Source: an uncultured Pseudanabaenaceae cyanobacterium
GTDB lineage: Bacteria; Cyanobacteriota; Cyanobacteriia; PCC-9006; JAAUQQ01
Reading direction: 5' to 3'
DNA: 64,000 nt
Assembly (NCBI GenBank): GCA_938021205.1
Contig: CALIGI010000001.1
Span: 2,636 to 66,635, forward strand
Under the pieces are notes generated by a model. The model was not told the origin of the DNA. It saw nothing but the letters and a program-made list of their open reading frames with translations, and searched no databases. Below, in pieces: positions 1 to 8,002 of this stretch. Position numbers and translations under genes: made by a program. Within the stretch, counting starts at the first letter, position 1; the number at the start of each line of letters is the position of its first letter.

Positions 1-5
1 GCTTT

Positions 6-908
6 TTGCCTCTGCTATACAATCGGCGGCATATGGGCGTGACCATGTTTTTGTTGGGGCTAGTCCATGTAATTGGCTTTAACCTAGCGAAAATTCCGCT
101 GTTAGATAAGATTCCCTCAATCAACAAGTTTCCGCTCAAAACGACGGGTGCCTTGACTTGGTATCACGACTTTGGCAACTTAGACCCCATCGTGAGCTTG
201 TTTGCAGGCAATACCCATTACGAATCTTTTATTCGTTTTCCCTTTGAGTCACTCGGGGTAATCGGGTTAGCCATTCTCTTTCTCATGGCGATTACCAGCC
301 ATGATTTTTGGTTGGCAAACCTGACGGCTCCCATCTGGAAAGGGTTGCACATGCTGGTGTATGTGGCCTATGCCGCCTTGGTAGGCCATGTGGTGTTGGG
401 GGCGATTCAAACCAATCGCCATCCAATTCTGACAATAATGGTGGGCTTAGGTCTGGTCTGGATTACAGCCATTCATTTGATCGCAGCATTAAGGGAACGT
501 AAGGGCGATCGCCCCGTTGCAAATGCTACGCCCGCCGTGGATAACTACGTCGAGATTGGCAGCATCAGCGAGATTCCTGACAACCGAGCCAAGATTGTTG
601 CGGTTGCGGGAGAGAGAGTTGCAGTCTTTAAATATGACGGTAAGGTCTCAGCAATTTCCAATGTTTGCCAACACCAAAATGGTCCCTTGGGTGAAGGCAA
701 AGTGATTGATGGTTGCATCACTTGTCCTTGGCATGGCTATCAATATTTGCCAGAGACTGGCGGGTCGCCACCGCCCTTTGCCGAGTCTGTGCCTACGTTT
801 AACGTGCGGCTTGAAGGCGATCGCATTTTCATCAGCACCATCCCCAATCCTCCTGGAACGCAAACACCCGCTGCTCCCATCCATCCTGGCATGGAGGGTA
901 GAGCATGA
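6..908 (+). CDS. Ferric-reductase-like transmembrane (heme b type) domain fused to a C-terminal Rieske [2Fe-2S] domain; the 5' end is probably cut by the window edge
   Basis: The ORF is open to the window start. It has several hydrophobic helices with conserved His (LGLVHVIGF, HMLVYVAYAALVGHVVLG). The Rieske ligand motif is CQHQNGPLGEG-x7-CPWHGYQY. Confidence 0.75.
   Translation: MPLLYNRRHMGVTMFLLGLVHVIGFNLAKIPLLDKIPSINKFPLKTTGALTWYHDFGNLDPIVSLFAGNTHYESFIRFPFESLGVIGLAILFLMAITSHDFWLANLTAPIWKGLHMLVYVAYAALVGHVVLGAIQTNRHPILTIMVGLGLVWITAIHLIAALRERKGDRPVANATPAVDNYVEIGSISEIPDNRAKIVAVAGERVAVFKYDGKVSAISNVCQHQNGPLGEGKVIDGCITCPWHGYQYLPETGGSPPPFAESVPTFNVRLEGDRIFISTIPNPPGTQTPAAPIHPGMEGRA
505..512. repeat. 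HIP1 octamer palindrome GCGATCGC (one example copy; the motif recurs dozens of times across the window)
   Basis: Exact GCGATCGC at 505-512. Many more copies occur, e.g. inside 10337-12619, 28025-31483 and 49097-51145. HIP1 over-representation is a known cyanobacterial signature. Confidence 0.9.
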
Positions 909-1696
909 ACCCTGATCCCATGAATAAACGTGATTCTCAAGCATCCAATCCCACTGAAGATGAATTCTTCAGTGGCTACAGTCGCCTACCAAAAGGTATT
1001 AAGCGCTTTCTGTTTCGGTTCATTCCGCTACTGTTTGTCGGAGTGGCATTATTTGGCTTCTTTGTTCCCCGCCTCCATGATCAATTCAATGCGGGCAAAT
1101 TTGGCGGAGGTGAATTACAGGGATTTCTAGTGGGTGAGCCAGTCCCCCACTTACTAGTTCCTCGTAAAGGAAAGGTGGAATCTGGTTCCAAATTTTCCCG
1201 CTACTTACTATCAGCTAACAATAAGGCAGGCGTTTCGGCCAAGGTGACAGACCATGTGGGCAAGTGGGTCAAGATCAAGGGACTGATGGTCCACCGCAAC
1301 AACCTCACCTTAATGACAACTGGCAAGGCTGAGCCCGTTGCAGCACCTGCCAATGCTCCGATCGCGCCAGAACCAGGTATTGAACTGGGTGAGTTCTCCC
1401 TCAAAGGGGAAATCCTCGATGGTAAATGCTATCCCGGTGTGATGAAACCTGGCCAGGGTAAAACCCATCGAGCTTGCGCCATTCGCTGCATTAGTGGTGG
1501 TGTTCCAGCAGTCTTCCTCTCCCACAACGATCAAGGCGATCCGCTCTACTTCCTCTTGGCAGATAGTGCTGGCAAAGCCGTGAATAAACAGGTCTTGGAA
1601 ATGGTGGCTGATCCCCTTGAAATTACTGGGCAGGTGACTCAGTATGGCGATTTCTTTTTGCTAAAGGCTGACCCCTCAAGCTACAAGCTCAGTTAA
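905..1696 (+). CDS. Hypothetical single-pass membrane protein with a Cys-containing C-terminal domain, translationally coupled to the upstream Rieske gene
   Basis: Its ATG at 905 overlaps the TGA of the previous ORF (ATGA). It has one hydrophobic helix (FLFRFIPLLFVGVALFGFFV) and the motif GKCYPGVMKPGQGKTHRACAIRCISGG. Confidence 0.6.
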   Translation: MNPDPMNKRDSQASNPTEDEFFSGYSRLPKGIKRFLFRFIPLLFVGVALFGFFVPRLHDQFNAGKFGGGELQGFLVGEPVPHLLVPRKGKVESGSKFSRYLLSANNKAGVSAKVTDHVGKWVKIKGLMVHRNNLTLMTTGKAEPVAAPANAPIAPEPGIELGEFSLKGEILDGKCYPGVMKPGQGKTHRACAIRCISGGVPAVFLSHNDQGDPLYFLLADSAGKAVNKQVLEMVADPLEITGQVTQYGDFFLLKADPSSYKLS

Positions 1697-1754
1697 CCTG
1701 CTGACTTCGATGCAGAAAAACATCCCTCACCCCAGTTCATCTGAAGAACTTACT

Positions 1755-1812
1755 TCGTTTTGCGTTCGGTCCCCCTTCTCTCTTAGGAGAAGGGGCTAGG
1801 GGATGAGGTTCG
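1755..1812. repeat. MITE-like palindromic repeat family A, right-half copy
   Basis: cgttttgcgttcggtcccccttctctcttaggagaaggggctaggggatgaggttcg matches the right halves of the copies at 9747-9850 and 47127-47235. It contains the hairpin ccccttctc-tctta-ggagaagggg. Confidence 0.75.
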
Positions 1813-1999
1813 TTTTTAGTCAAGTGATTCCCAAGGCTTTATTCCTGGTGACAAAGTCTGATTACTTGGGATAGGTGCTTGCTATGGCATCTATCCCTAA
1901 ATGCTTCTTGCACAGTCTTCAAGCTCTCACTAAGGTTGGTGGCGAGCATGGAAATGCGATCAAAACCCGACTTATTTTGGAAGGAGAATCTCCATAGTT

Positions 2000-2707
2000 A
2001 TGCCTGGGATTTTATTGGCGATTGGCTTAGCTTTAATCCATGGGTTTGCCTCTCAAATTCCCATTGAGGCTTTCGTTCCTAAAAAACGCTGGCTATCTTT
2101 TGCTGGTGGGGTTTCCCTAGGCTATGTCTTCTTAGAGATTTTCCCGGAACTGAGCCATGCCCAAGAAGAGCTACTTCACTCAGAGGCTCCTTTTCTAGGC
2201 TATCTAGAAAATCACATTTATATCCTGGCTTTACTGGGATTAGTAATGTTCTATATTCTGGACAAAATTGCCCTGGGTACTAGAGCTAATCAGAATAAGA
2301 ATGGTTCACTCTTCTTCTGGATTCATATCTTTTCGTTTGCATTATTCAATAGCATTTTGGGATATTTACTTCAGGATTTAGCTCGACATAGCTTGCTCTC
2401 TTGCATTCTTTTATTCGTAGCACTGGCTCTGCATTTGTTCATTGTGGATGAGAGTTTGCGTGAACATCATCGAGTTCCCTATGACAAAATCGGTCGTTGG
2501 ATCTTAGCTGCCGCAGTTATTTTAGGCATGGTGTTAGGTCAGGGAATGCATTTACAAGAGGCTACCCTCTCAATTGTCTGGTCTTTCTTGGCAGGGAGCA
2601 TTATCCTAAATGTCTTGAAGCGGGAATTGCCATCGGAGCAGGACACCTGTGTTGCTTCTTTTCTAGGTGGCACCCTATTGTTCTCTGTATTGCTGAATTT
2701 ACGATAG
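2000..2707 (+). CDS. Polytopic membrane protein of unknown function (a remote ZIP-like metal-transporter resemblance is only a guess)
   Basis: 235 aa with about 7 hydrophobic segments. His/acidic motifs are LEIFPELSH and HLFIVDESLREHH. Confidence 0.55.
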   Translation: MPGILLAIGLALIHGFASQIPIEAFVPKKRWLSFAGGVSLGYVFLEIFPELSHAQEELLHSEAPFLGYLENHIYILALLGLVMFYILDKIALGTRANQNKNGSLFFWIHIFSFALFNSILGYLLQDLARHSLLSCILLFVALALHLFIVDESLREHHRVPYDKIGRWILAAAVILGMVLGQGMHLQEATLSIVWSFLAGSIILNVLKRELPSEQDTCVASFLGGTLLFSVLLNLR

Positions 2708-2828
2708 GAACTATGTCATGAATGTAGTCAAAATTTCAGACTGGAATGAGTTGGGAGATCGCCCCCCGCAGCAGGGAGTTTTGCTACTTTCTGTGTTACT
2801 AAACTTACAATAAAGGATTGATTTAATC

Positions 2829-3587
2829 ATGTCTGAACAACTGAAGAAAATTACTGAGCATCAATGCCAGAATGCACCTAAAAATTACAGCGATTTAAAA
2901 GCTCTCTTTTTAAATTGCACATTAAATCGAACCCCTGTGCTTTCCCACACTCGCGGTGTGATTGATATCGCAAAGACTATTTTTGAAGCCAACGGCGTTC
3001 AAACAAAAGTGATTCGCCCGGTTGATTATGACATCCCTGCAGGTTTGGGGGTAGATATGTCTCAAACCGCCGAATGGGATAAGGATGACTGGCCACAACT
3101 TCAAAAAGAAGTCGATGACACTGATATTTTGGTGCTTTGTACTTCGGTTTGGTTGGGTGAAAAAAGTTCTGTCTGTAACAGAGTTCTAGAACGAATGTAT
3201 GGATACACCCACTTACTCAATGATAAGGGTCAGTACCGTGACTACGGCAAAGTTGGGGCGACATTAATCACTGGAAATGAAGATGGGATCAAACATTGTG
3301 CGATGAACATCCTGTTTTCTCTATCGCACATTGGCTACACCATCCCCCCCCAAGTCGATGCGGGCTGGTTAGGTGAGGTTGGTCCTGGTCCTTCTTACTC
3401 AGACCCTGGCTCAGGAGGGCCTGGCAATGATTTCACCAATCGAAATACAACATTCTTGGCTTGGAATTGCATGCACATGGCTCGCATGTTGAAGGATAAC
3501 GGTGGTATCCCTGGCCATGGCAACCAGCCTAATGCTTGGCAGGCAGGCTGCAAGACGGATTTCAAAAATCCCGAGCATAAAATCTAA
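2829..3587 (+). CDS. Flavodoxin-fold NAD(P)H-dependent FMN reductase family protein
   Basis: The N-terminal LFLNCTLNRTP-type flavodoxin-like start and DILVLCTSVWLGEKSSVCNRVLERM are typical of the NADPH-dependent FMN reductase / multimeric flavodoxin family. The next gene follows 25 nt downstream. Confidence 0.65.
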   Translation: MSEQLKKITEHQCQNAPKNYSDLKALFLNCTLNRTPVLSHTRGVIDIAKTIFEANGVQTKVIRPVDYDIPAGLGVDMSQTAEWDKDDWPQLQKEVDDTDILVLCTSVWLGEKSSVCNRVLERMYGYTHLLNDKGQYRDYGKVGATLITGNEDGIKHCAMNILFSLSHIGYTIPPQVDAGWLGEVGPGPSYSDPGSGGPGNDFTNRNTTFLAWNCMHMARMLKDNGGIPGHGNQPNAWQAGCKTDFKNPEHKI

Positions 3588-3612
3588 CGGTTTCATTTCA
3601 GGAATCCCAACA

Positions 3613-5577
3613 ATGTCTCAAGTAACCCATGGAGAAAAAATGCAGTGGTTCTGTGTCGCCGAGCTAGACGAACTCCCCGAAGGTCGTGTTAAAACCGTCG
3701 TTGCAGGGCATAAGAGCATTGCCCTGACCCACTACAACGATCAATACGGTGCCCTGGATAATCGCTGCCCTCACCAGGGCGGTCCCCTGGGCGAAGGCTC
3801 CATTGAAAACGGACTGCTGCGTTGCCCCTGGCATGGCTGGGACTATTGCCCCCTGACGGGGCAGCCGCCGGGAAACTTAGCTGTGGATGATTCCCTCGAA
3901 ACCTTCCCAGTAGAAGTCCGAGAAGACGGTATTTATGTTGGTCTGACAACTGAAGCCCCACACATTCGTACCGTCACTGATGTCATGGCAGAGACCATGG
4001 TTAATTGGGGCGTCACCCATGTGTTTGGCATGGTGGGTCATTCCAATTTGGGTCTCGCCGATGCCCTGCGACGGCAGGAGCTACAAGGCAATCTCACCTT
4101 CATCGGCATTCGCCATGAGGGAGCTGGAGCCTTTGCGGCCTCGGCCTATGCCAAGCTGACCGGCAAGCCTGCTGCCTGTTTGACCATTGCCGGGCCAGGC
4201 GCAACGAACCTGCTAACCGGGATGTGGGATGCCAAGGTGGATCGGGCTCCGGTATTGGCTCTAACTGGCCAGGTCAGTTCCCAAGTCTTGGGCACAGGCA
4301 ACTTCCAGGAATGCGATCTGTCTGCTGCCTTCAGCGGTGTAGCCGCCTGGAGCGGCACGGTCCTTAGCCAGAGTAAACATGCAGAGCTGATGAGCCTAGC
4401 AGTGAAGCATGCCCTGCTAGAACGCAACGTTTCCCACCTAATCTTCCCCGACGAAATCCAGACCCAGCCAGCGGGGGATGCCAAGGCCGGTAGCCCCGAA
4501 GGTCGCATCACGCCCCTGCAAATTGCACCGCCACCGGATGCCCTAGCAACTGCTGTAGAAAACCTGCAAAAGGCCAAGCGTCCCGTCATCATCGTGGGGC
4601 ACGGCGCTCGGTTCCACATGAAAGCCATTACGGCCTTGGCGGAACAGCTGAATGCGCCAGTGCTCACAACCTTTAAAGCCAAGGGACAAATCTCCGATCG
4701 CCATCCCCTAGGCTGCGGTGTCCTCGGTCGCAGTGGCACCCCCATTGCCAGCTGGTTTATGAACGAATCGGATCTACTGGTGGTCCTCGGAGCCTCCTTT
4801 TCCAACCACACCGGCATTTACCCCGGCAAGCCGATCATTCAGGTTGATTTTGATCCCTTGGCCCTGGGCAAGTTCCATCCCGTTACCGTACCCGTTTGGG
4901 GTGAGCTCAGCATCGTGGTCGAGCAATTCAAATCAGCCGTGGCAGGCAGCAATCAAGCCACGGATCAGCGGGCTGAGATTGGCGATCGCTGGAAGATCTG
5001 GCGCGAAGAAAAGCTCCGCCGCGAAGCCGACGACCGGGGCAATGGCGTCAACTCCGCCAGCATTTTCGCCGCCATGACCCGTAAGGTTCCCGCCAATGCC
5101 GTCATCTCAGTGGACGTGGGCAACAACACCTATTCCTTCGGGCGCTACTTTGAGTGCGAAGCCCAGTCAGTGCTGATGTCAGGCTACCTCGGCTCGATTG
5201 GCTTTGGCTTTGCCGGAGCTTTAGGAGCTTGGGCCGCAGCGGGGCACGAACGTCCAATTGTTTCGCTGTCCGGCGACGGTGGCTTTGGCCAATACATGGG
5301 CGACTTCAACACAGCAGTGAAGTACGAGATGAACATCACCCATATTTTGGTGAACAACAGTCAGTTGGGCAAAATCAGTAAGGAGCAGCGGGCCGGGGAG
5401 TGGGATGTTTGGCAAACATCGTTGCACAATCCCAATTTTGCCGAGTACGCCAAGATTTGTGGCGGCTTTGGCATACAGGTGACGGATCAGGCTGAACTGG
5501 ATGATGCGATCGCGGCTGCCTTGGCTTATGAGGGACCGGCGATCGTCGAAATCATTGCTGATGCTGAGCTGATTTAA
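3613..5577 (+). CDS. Fusion protein: N-terminal small Rieske [2Fe-2S] domain plus a thiamine-pyrophosphate enzyme (pyruvate oxidase / acetolactate synthase superfamily)
   Basis: Rieske motif CPHQGGPLGEG-x8-CPWHGWDY. TPP N-domain: VTHVFGMVGHSNLGLADAL, IRHEGAGAFAASAYAKLTGKPAACLTIAGPGATNLLTG. TPP-binding motif: GDGGFGQYMGDFNTAVKYEMNITHILVNNSQLG. I chose the ATG at 3613 because the track ORF start at 3502 overlaps the upstream gene. Confidence 0.8.
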   Translation: MSQVTHGEKMQWFCVAELDELPEGRVKTVVAGHKSIALTHYNDQYGALDNRCPHQGGPLGEGSIENGLLRCPWHGWDYCPLTGQPPGNLAVDDSLETFPVEVREDGIYVGLTTEAPHIRTVTDVMAETMVNWGVTHVFGMVGHSNLGLADALRRQELQGNLTFIGIRHEGAGAFAASAYAKLTGKPAACLTIAGPGATNLLTGMWDAKVDRAPVLALTGQVSSQVLGTGNFQECDLSAAFSGVAAWSGTVLSQSKHAELMSLAVKHALLERNVSHLIFPDEIQTQPAGDAKAGSPEGRITPLQIAPPPDALATAVENLQKAKRPVIIVGHGARFHMKAITALAEQLNAPVLTTFKAKGQISDRHPLGCGVLGRSGTPIASWFMNESDLLVVLGASFSNHTGIYPGKPIIQVDFDPLALGKFHPVTVPVWGELSIVVEQFKSAVAGSNQATDQRAEIGDRWKIWREEKLRREADDRGNGVNSASIFAAMTRKVPANAVISVDVGNNTYSFGRYFECEAQSVLMSGYLGSIGFGFAGALGAWAAAGHERPIVSLSGDGGFGQYMGDFNTAVKYEMNITHILVNNSQLGKISKEQRAGEWDVWQTSLHNPNFAEYAKICGGFGIQVTDQAELDDAIAAALAYEGPAIVEIIADAELI

Positions 5578-5800
5578 GGATGTGCACAGCATTGGCAATG
5601 GGCTCAATCCTTGCAGTTATTCTCAATCCTAAATCGTGGACTCCCACACACCCTGCAAGCGCATGCCTGTGTACCTCCTACAGTCAACTCTTGTGATAAA
5701 GCTGCTTTGACTCGAACTGAGACATGTATGAGCCGGTGGCGACGTTTCATGGCTGGTCAAGGTTTCAAATTTAATGCTTGGCCAAATTCTCAAACAGCCT

Positions 5801-6769
5801 CTAAGGACCATTCTCTAGGATGTCTTGGAGTATTTCGCGAATACTGCGAGGCTGCCAACCTAGCTCTTGCTGAGCTTTAGCGGCATTCACACGCACGCAA
5901 CGATCATAAATATAATGAACTCGCTCTCGGCTCAGCAATGGATTAATCGAGAGCGCACGTCCAATGGGATCTAGGAGATTTCCCAGAAGTCGTACCAAGA
6001 ATTTAGGGGGCTCTTGGGGGACAGACACTTTGGTTTTCTCACCCAACATTTTAAACATTTCGGTGGTGGAGAGCTCCCCAGCAGAAATGATGTAATGCTC
6101 TCCAGAGGGGCCTTGCTCAGCAGCTAGGAGCATGGCACTAACCAGGTCATCTACATGAACAATACCGGTGATGCGATCGCCCCCCGGCCAAAATTTAAGC
6201 TTCCCATTGAGGAACAACCGAATGACAGGCCCAAAATGAGGATCACCTGGCCCGAAAATCCCCACGGGCATCACGCTCACCGTCGGTTGCCCCTGGGCCG
6301 CTGCTGCATCCACCAGTTGCTGGGCCTCGTATTTCGTGCGATCGTAGGCGGAGGAAAAATCGCGCTGGGTTCGCACGAAAGTCTCATCCACAGCGATTCC
6401 AGCAGTATCGCCATAAATCCCAATGGTGCTGCAATAGACCAACTTGGGCATGGGAGACATCTGGGCCGCAGTTTCCAGCACAGCCTTGGTGCCTTCCACA
6501 TTAACCTGGGTCATTCGCTCCGCATCAACCAGACCTAGATCAACATAGGCGGCTGTGTGAAACACCACGGCCACATCTGCCATGGCTTGCTTTAAAGCAG
6601 TGTGATCGGTGATGTCACCATAGACAAATTGGGCGCTCGTTTGGGAGAGGCGATCGCGGTTAGGGCTGGACTGTCGAACCAGCGCAATAACCTGATCACC
6701 TCGGGCTTCCAAGGCCTTGACTAAATGAGACCCGGTGAAGCCACTGGCCCCTGTTACTAGCACTTTCAT
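5801..6769 (-). CDS. NAD-dependent epimerase/dehydratase family SDR (possible 3-keto reductase)
   Basis: Rossmann motif MKVLVTGASGFTGSHLV and catalytic YxxxK (YDRTKY). Its start overlaps the upstream stop (ATGA at 6766-6769). Confidence 0.85.
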   Translation of the reverse strand: MKVLVTGASGFTGSHLVKALEARGDQVIALVRQSSPNRDRLSQTSAQFVYGDITDHTALKQAMADVAVVFHTAAYVDLGLVDAERMTQVNVEGTKAVLETAAQMSPMPKLVYCSTIGIYGDTAGIAVDETFVRTQRDFSSAYDRTKYEAQQLVDAAAAQGQPTVSVMPVGIFGPGDPHFGPVIRLFLNGKLKFWPGGDRITGIVHVDDLVSAMLLAAEQGPSGEHYIISAGELSTTEMFKMLGEKTKVSVPQEPPKFLVRLLGNLLDPIGRALSINPLLSRERVHYIYDRCVRVNAAKAQQELGWQPRSIREILQDILENGP

Positions 6770-7902
6770 AGAGCTTTTTCGTAAATGCGGTAGGTTTTAT
6801 AAATCTCAGCGCCACCGGATTCAATCAGTTTTCGCGATGCCATGTTGTCTTCAAAAACCCAAGAGAGTTCGGCTCGCTTGTAGCGTTTTCCGTTCATCAG
6901 TCCCCCTTTCATGCCTAAATAAATCACGGCGATGGGGACCATCTTGCGGCGATATTCTGGCAGAGAGCAAATCGCTACAACCCGGGCTTGATCAATTCTT
7001 CGCTTGTACCAGAGAAATTTCAGCAGGCCCAAACCCTTGAGCTTTCCGTTCTTCATCGATCGCTTCAAGGGCAAATTGGCATCCGGTAGACCCATAAACA
7101 GGCCCACCATCCTACCTTGGTCTTCAGCAATGATAAAAATATCGGGATCGACGATGGCTTTGAGCTCCTGGGCCTCAGCTAAAAACTCCGCTTCGGTGCG
7201 GGGAGTCGAACTCCAGTTATCCGAAAAGGCTGTTGTGAATAGCTGATACAGATCGCGACAATCCTGTTCAAATCCTTCGCCTTTAACCCGTAGAGAGCGA
7301 AAGGTGACCCCAGACTTTTGGGCAATGTGGTAGCCTCGCTCGAACTTGCCATAGGACTCTTCATCCAGGAGCCAGTTGTAAGCGTAACTATCTTTAGCTT
7401 TGTGCAGACCCACCTGTTCCATTAAATCGCCATAGTAAGGCGGGTTATAGGGCATCATCACCCTGGGAGGTGAGTCAAAACCATCAATGAGAAAAAAGCA
7501 GCCGTTGTGGGTCGAGAGATTGATGGGGCCACGGATCTGGGTCATGCCTCGATCGCGTAACCAATCACCAGCAGCCTCAATTAATGCTGACGCAACTGCT
7601 GGGTTCGCTACAGACTCAAAAAAACCAAAGAGTCCAATTTTCTGGTTTTCTCGTTCTATCAGTCGCCTATTAATTGCTGCAACAATGCGACCAACGGTTT
7701 GGTCACCCTCTAGCGCAATAAATTGCTGTAACTGCCCGTATTCGAAGAAGGGATTTTCGGCTGCAAAATTTTTGGCCACGCTGCTGGTGAAGGGAGGAAC
7801 CCAATGGGGGTCATCTTTGTAGATGAAGGCAGGCAGCTCTAGGAAAGCCTGCTGGTCAGACCTTGTCGTGACAGCCTTAATTTGAACGGGAGTCTGCACC
7901 AT
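6766..7902 (-). CDS. GNAT-like (acyl-CoA N-acyltransferase fold) protein of uncertain substrate
   Basis: 378 aa. The N-terminal region (RSDQQAFLELPAFIYKDDPHWVPP ... MMPYNPPYY) recalls a family usually annotated as N-acetyltransferase. It is co-operonic with the AOS and SDR genes. The fold assignment is from memory of the family and is not verified. Confidence 0.55.
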   Translation of the reverse strand: MVQTPVQIKAVTTRSDQQAFLELPAFIYKDDPHWVPPFTSSVAKNFAAENPFFEYGQLQQFIALEGDQTVGRIVAAINRRLIERENQKIGLFGFFESVANPAVASALIEAAGDWLRDRGMTQIRGPINLSTHNGCFFLIDGFDSPPRVMMPYNPPYYGDLMEQVGLHKAKDSYAYNWLLDEESYGKFERGYHIAQKSGVTFRSLRVKGEGFEQDCRDLYQLFTTAFSDNWSSTPRTEAEFLAEAQELKAIVDPDIFIIAEDQGRMVGLFMGLPDANLPLKRSMKNGKLKGLGLLKFLWYKRRIDQARVVAICSLPEYRRKMVPIAVIYLGMKGGLMNGKRYKRAELSWVFEDNMASRKLIESGGAEIYKTYRIYEKAL

Positions 7903-8002
7903 GACTTATGGGGAAGAAGAGAAGGGATAGGGACATGCCATGTCATGCCCCTAGGGGGATATCAAGATAGCAGAATGACAGGCCTAATCAACGCCCCGCG
8001 AC

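Noticed and set aside
2794-2809. NtcA/CRP-like site TGTTACTAAACTTACA upstream of the flavoprotein gene.
   Set aside because: The first half-site is GTT rather than GTA. The site ends only about 20 nt before the ATG, which leaves no room for the -10 box and 5' UTR of an NtcA-activated promoter.
3502-3612. N-terminal 37-codon extension of the Rieske-TPP ORF in the track.
   Set aside because: It overlaps the 3' end of the upstream flavoprotein gene in another frame. The Rieske domain starts right after the ATG at 3613, so the shorter start is preferred.
4146-4817. Long antisense or out-of-frame ORFs from the track that lie inside well-supported genes. Examples are 4146-4817 (-), 11595-11981 (+), 26050-26679 (+), 31892-32650 (+), 41758-42393 (-), 42412-42843 (-) and 62665-63108 (-).
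   Set aside because: Each lies entirely within a gene with strong family motifs on the other strand or frame. Their translations are Arg/Gly/Ser-rich low-complexity sequence with no motifs, as expected for shadow ORFs in moderately GC-rich DNA.
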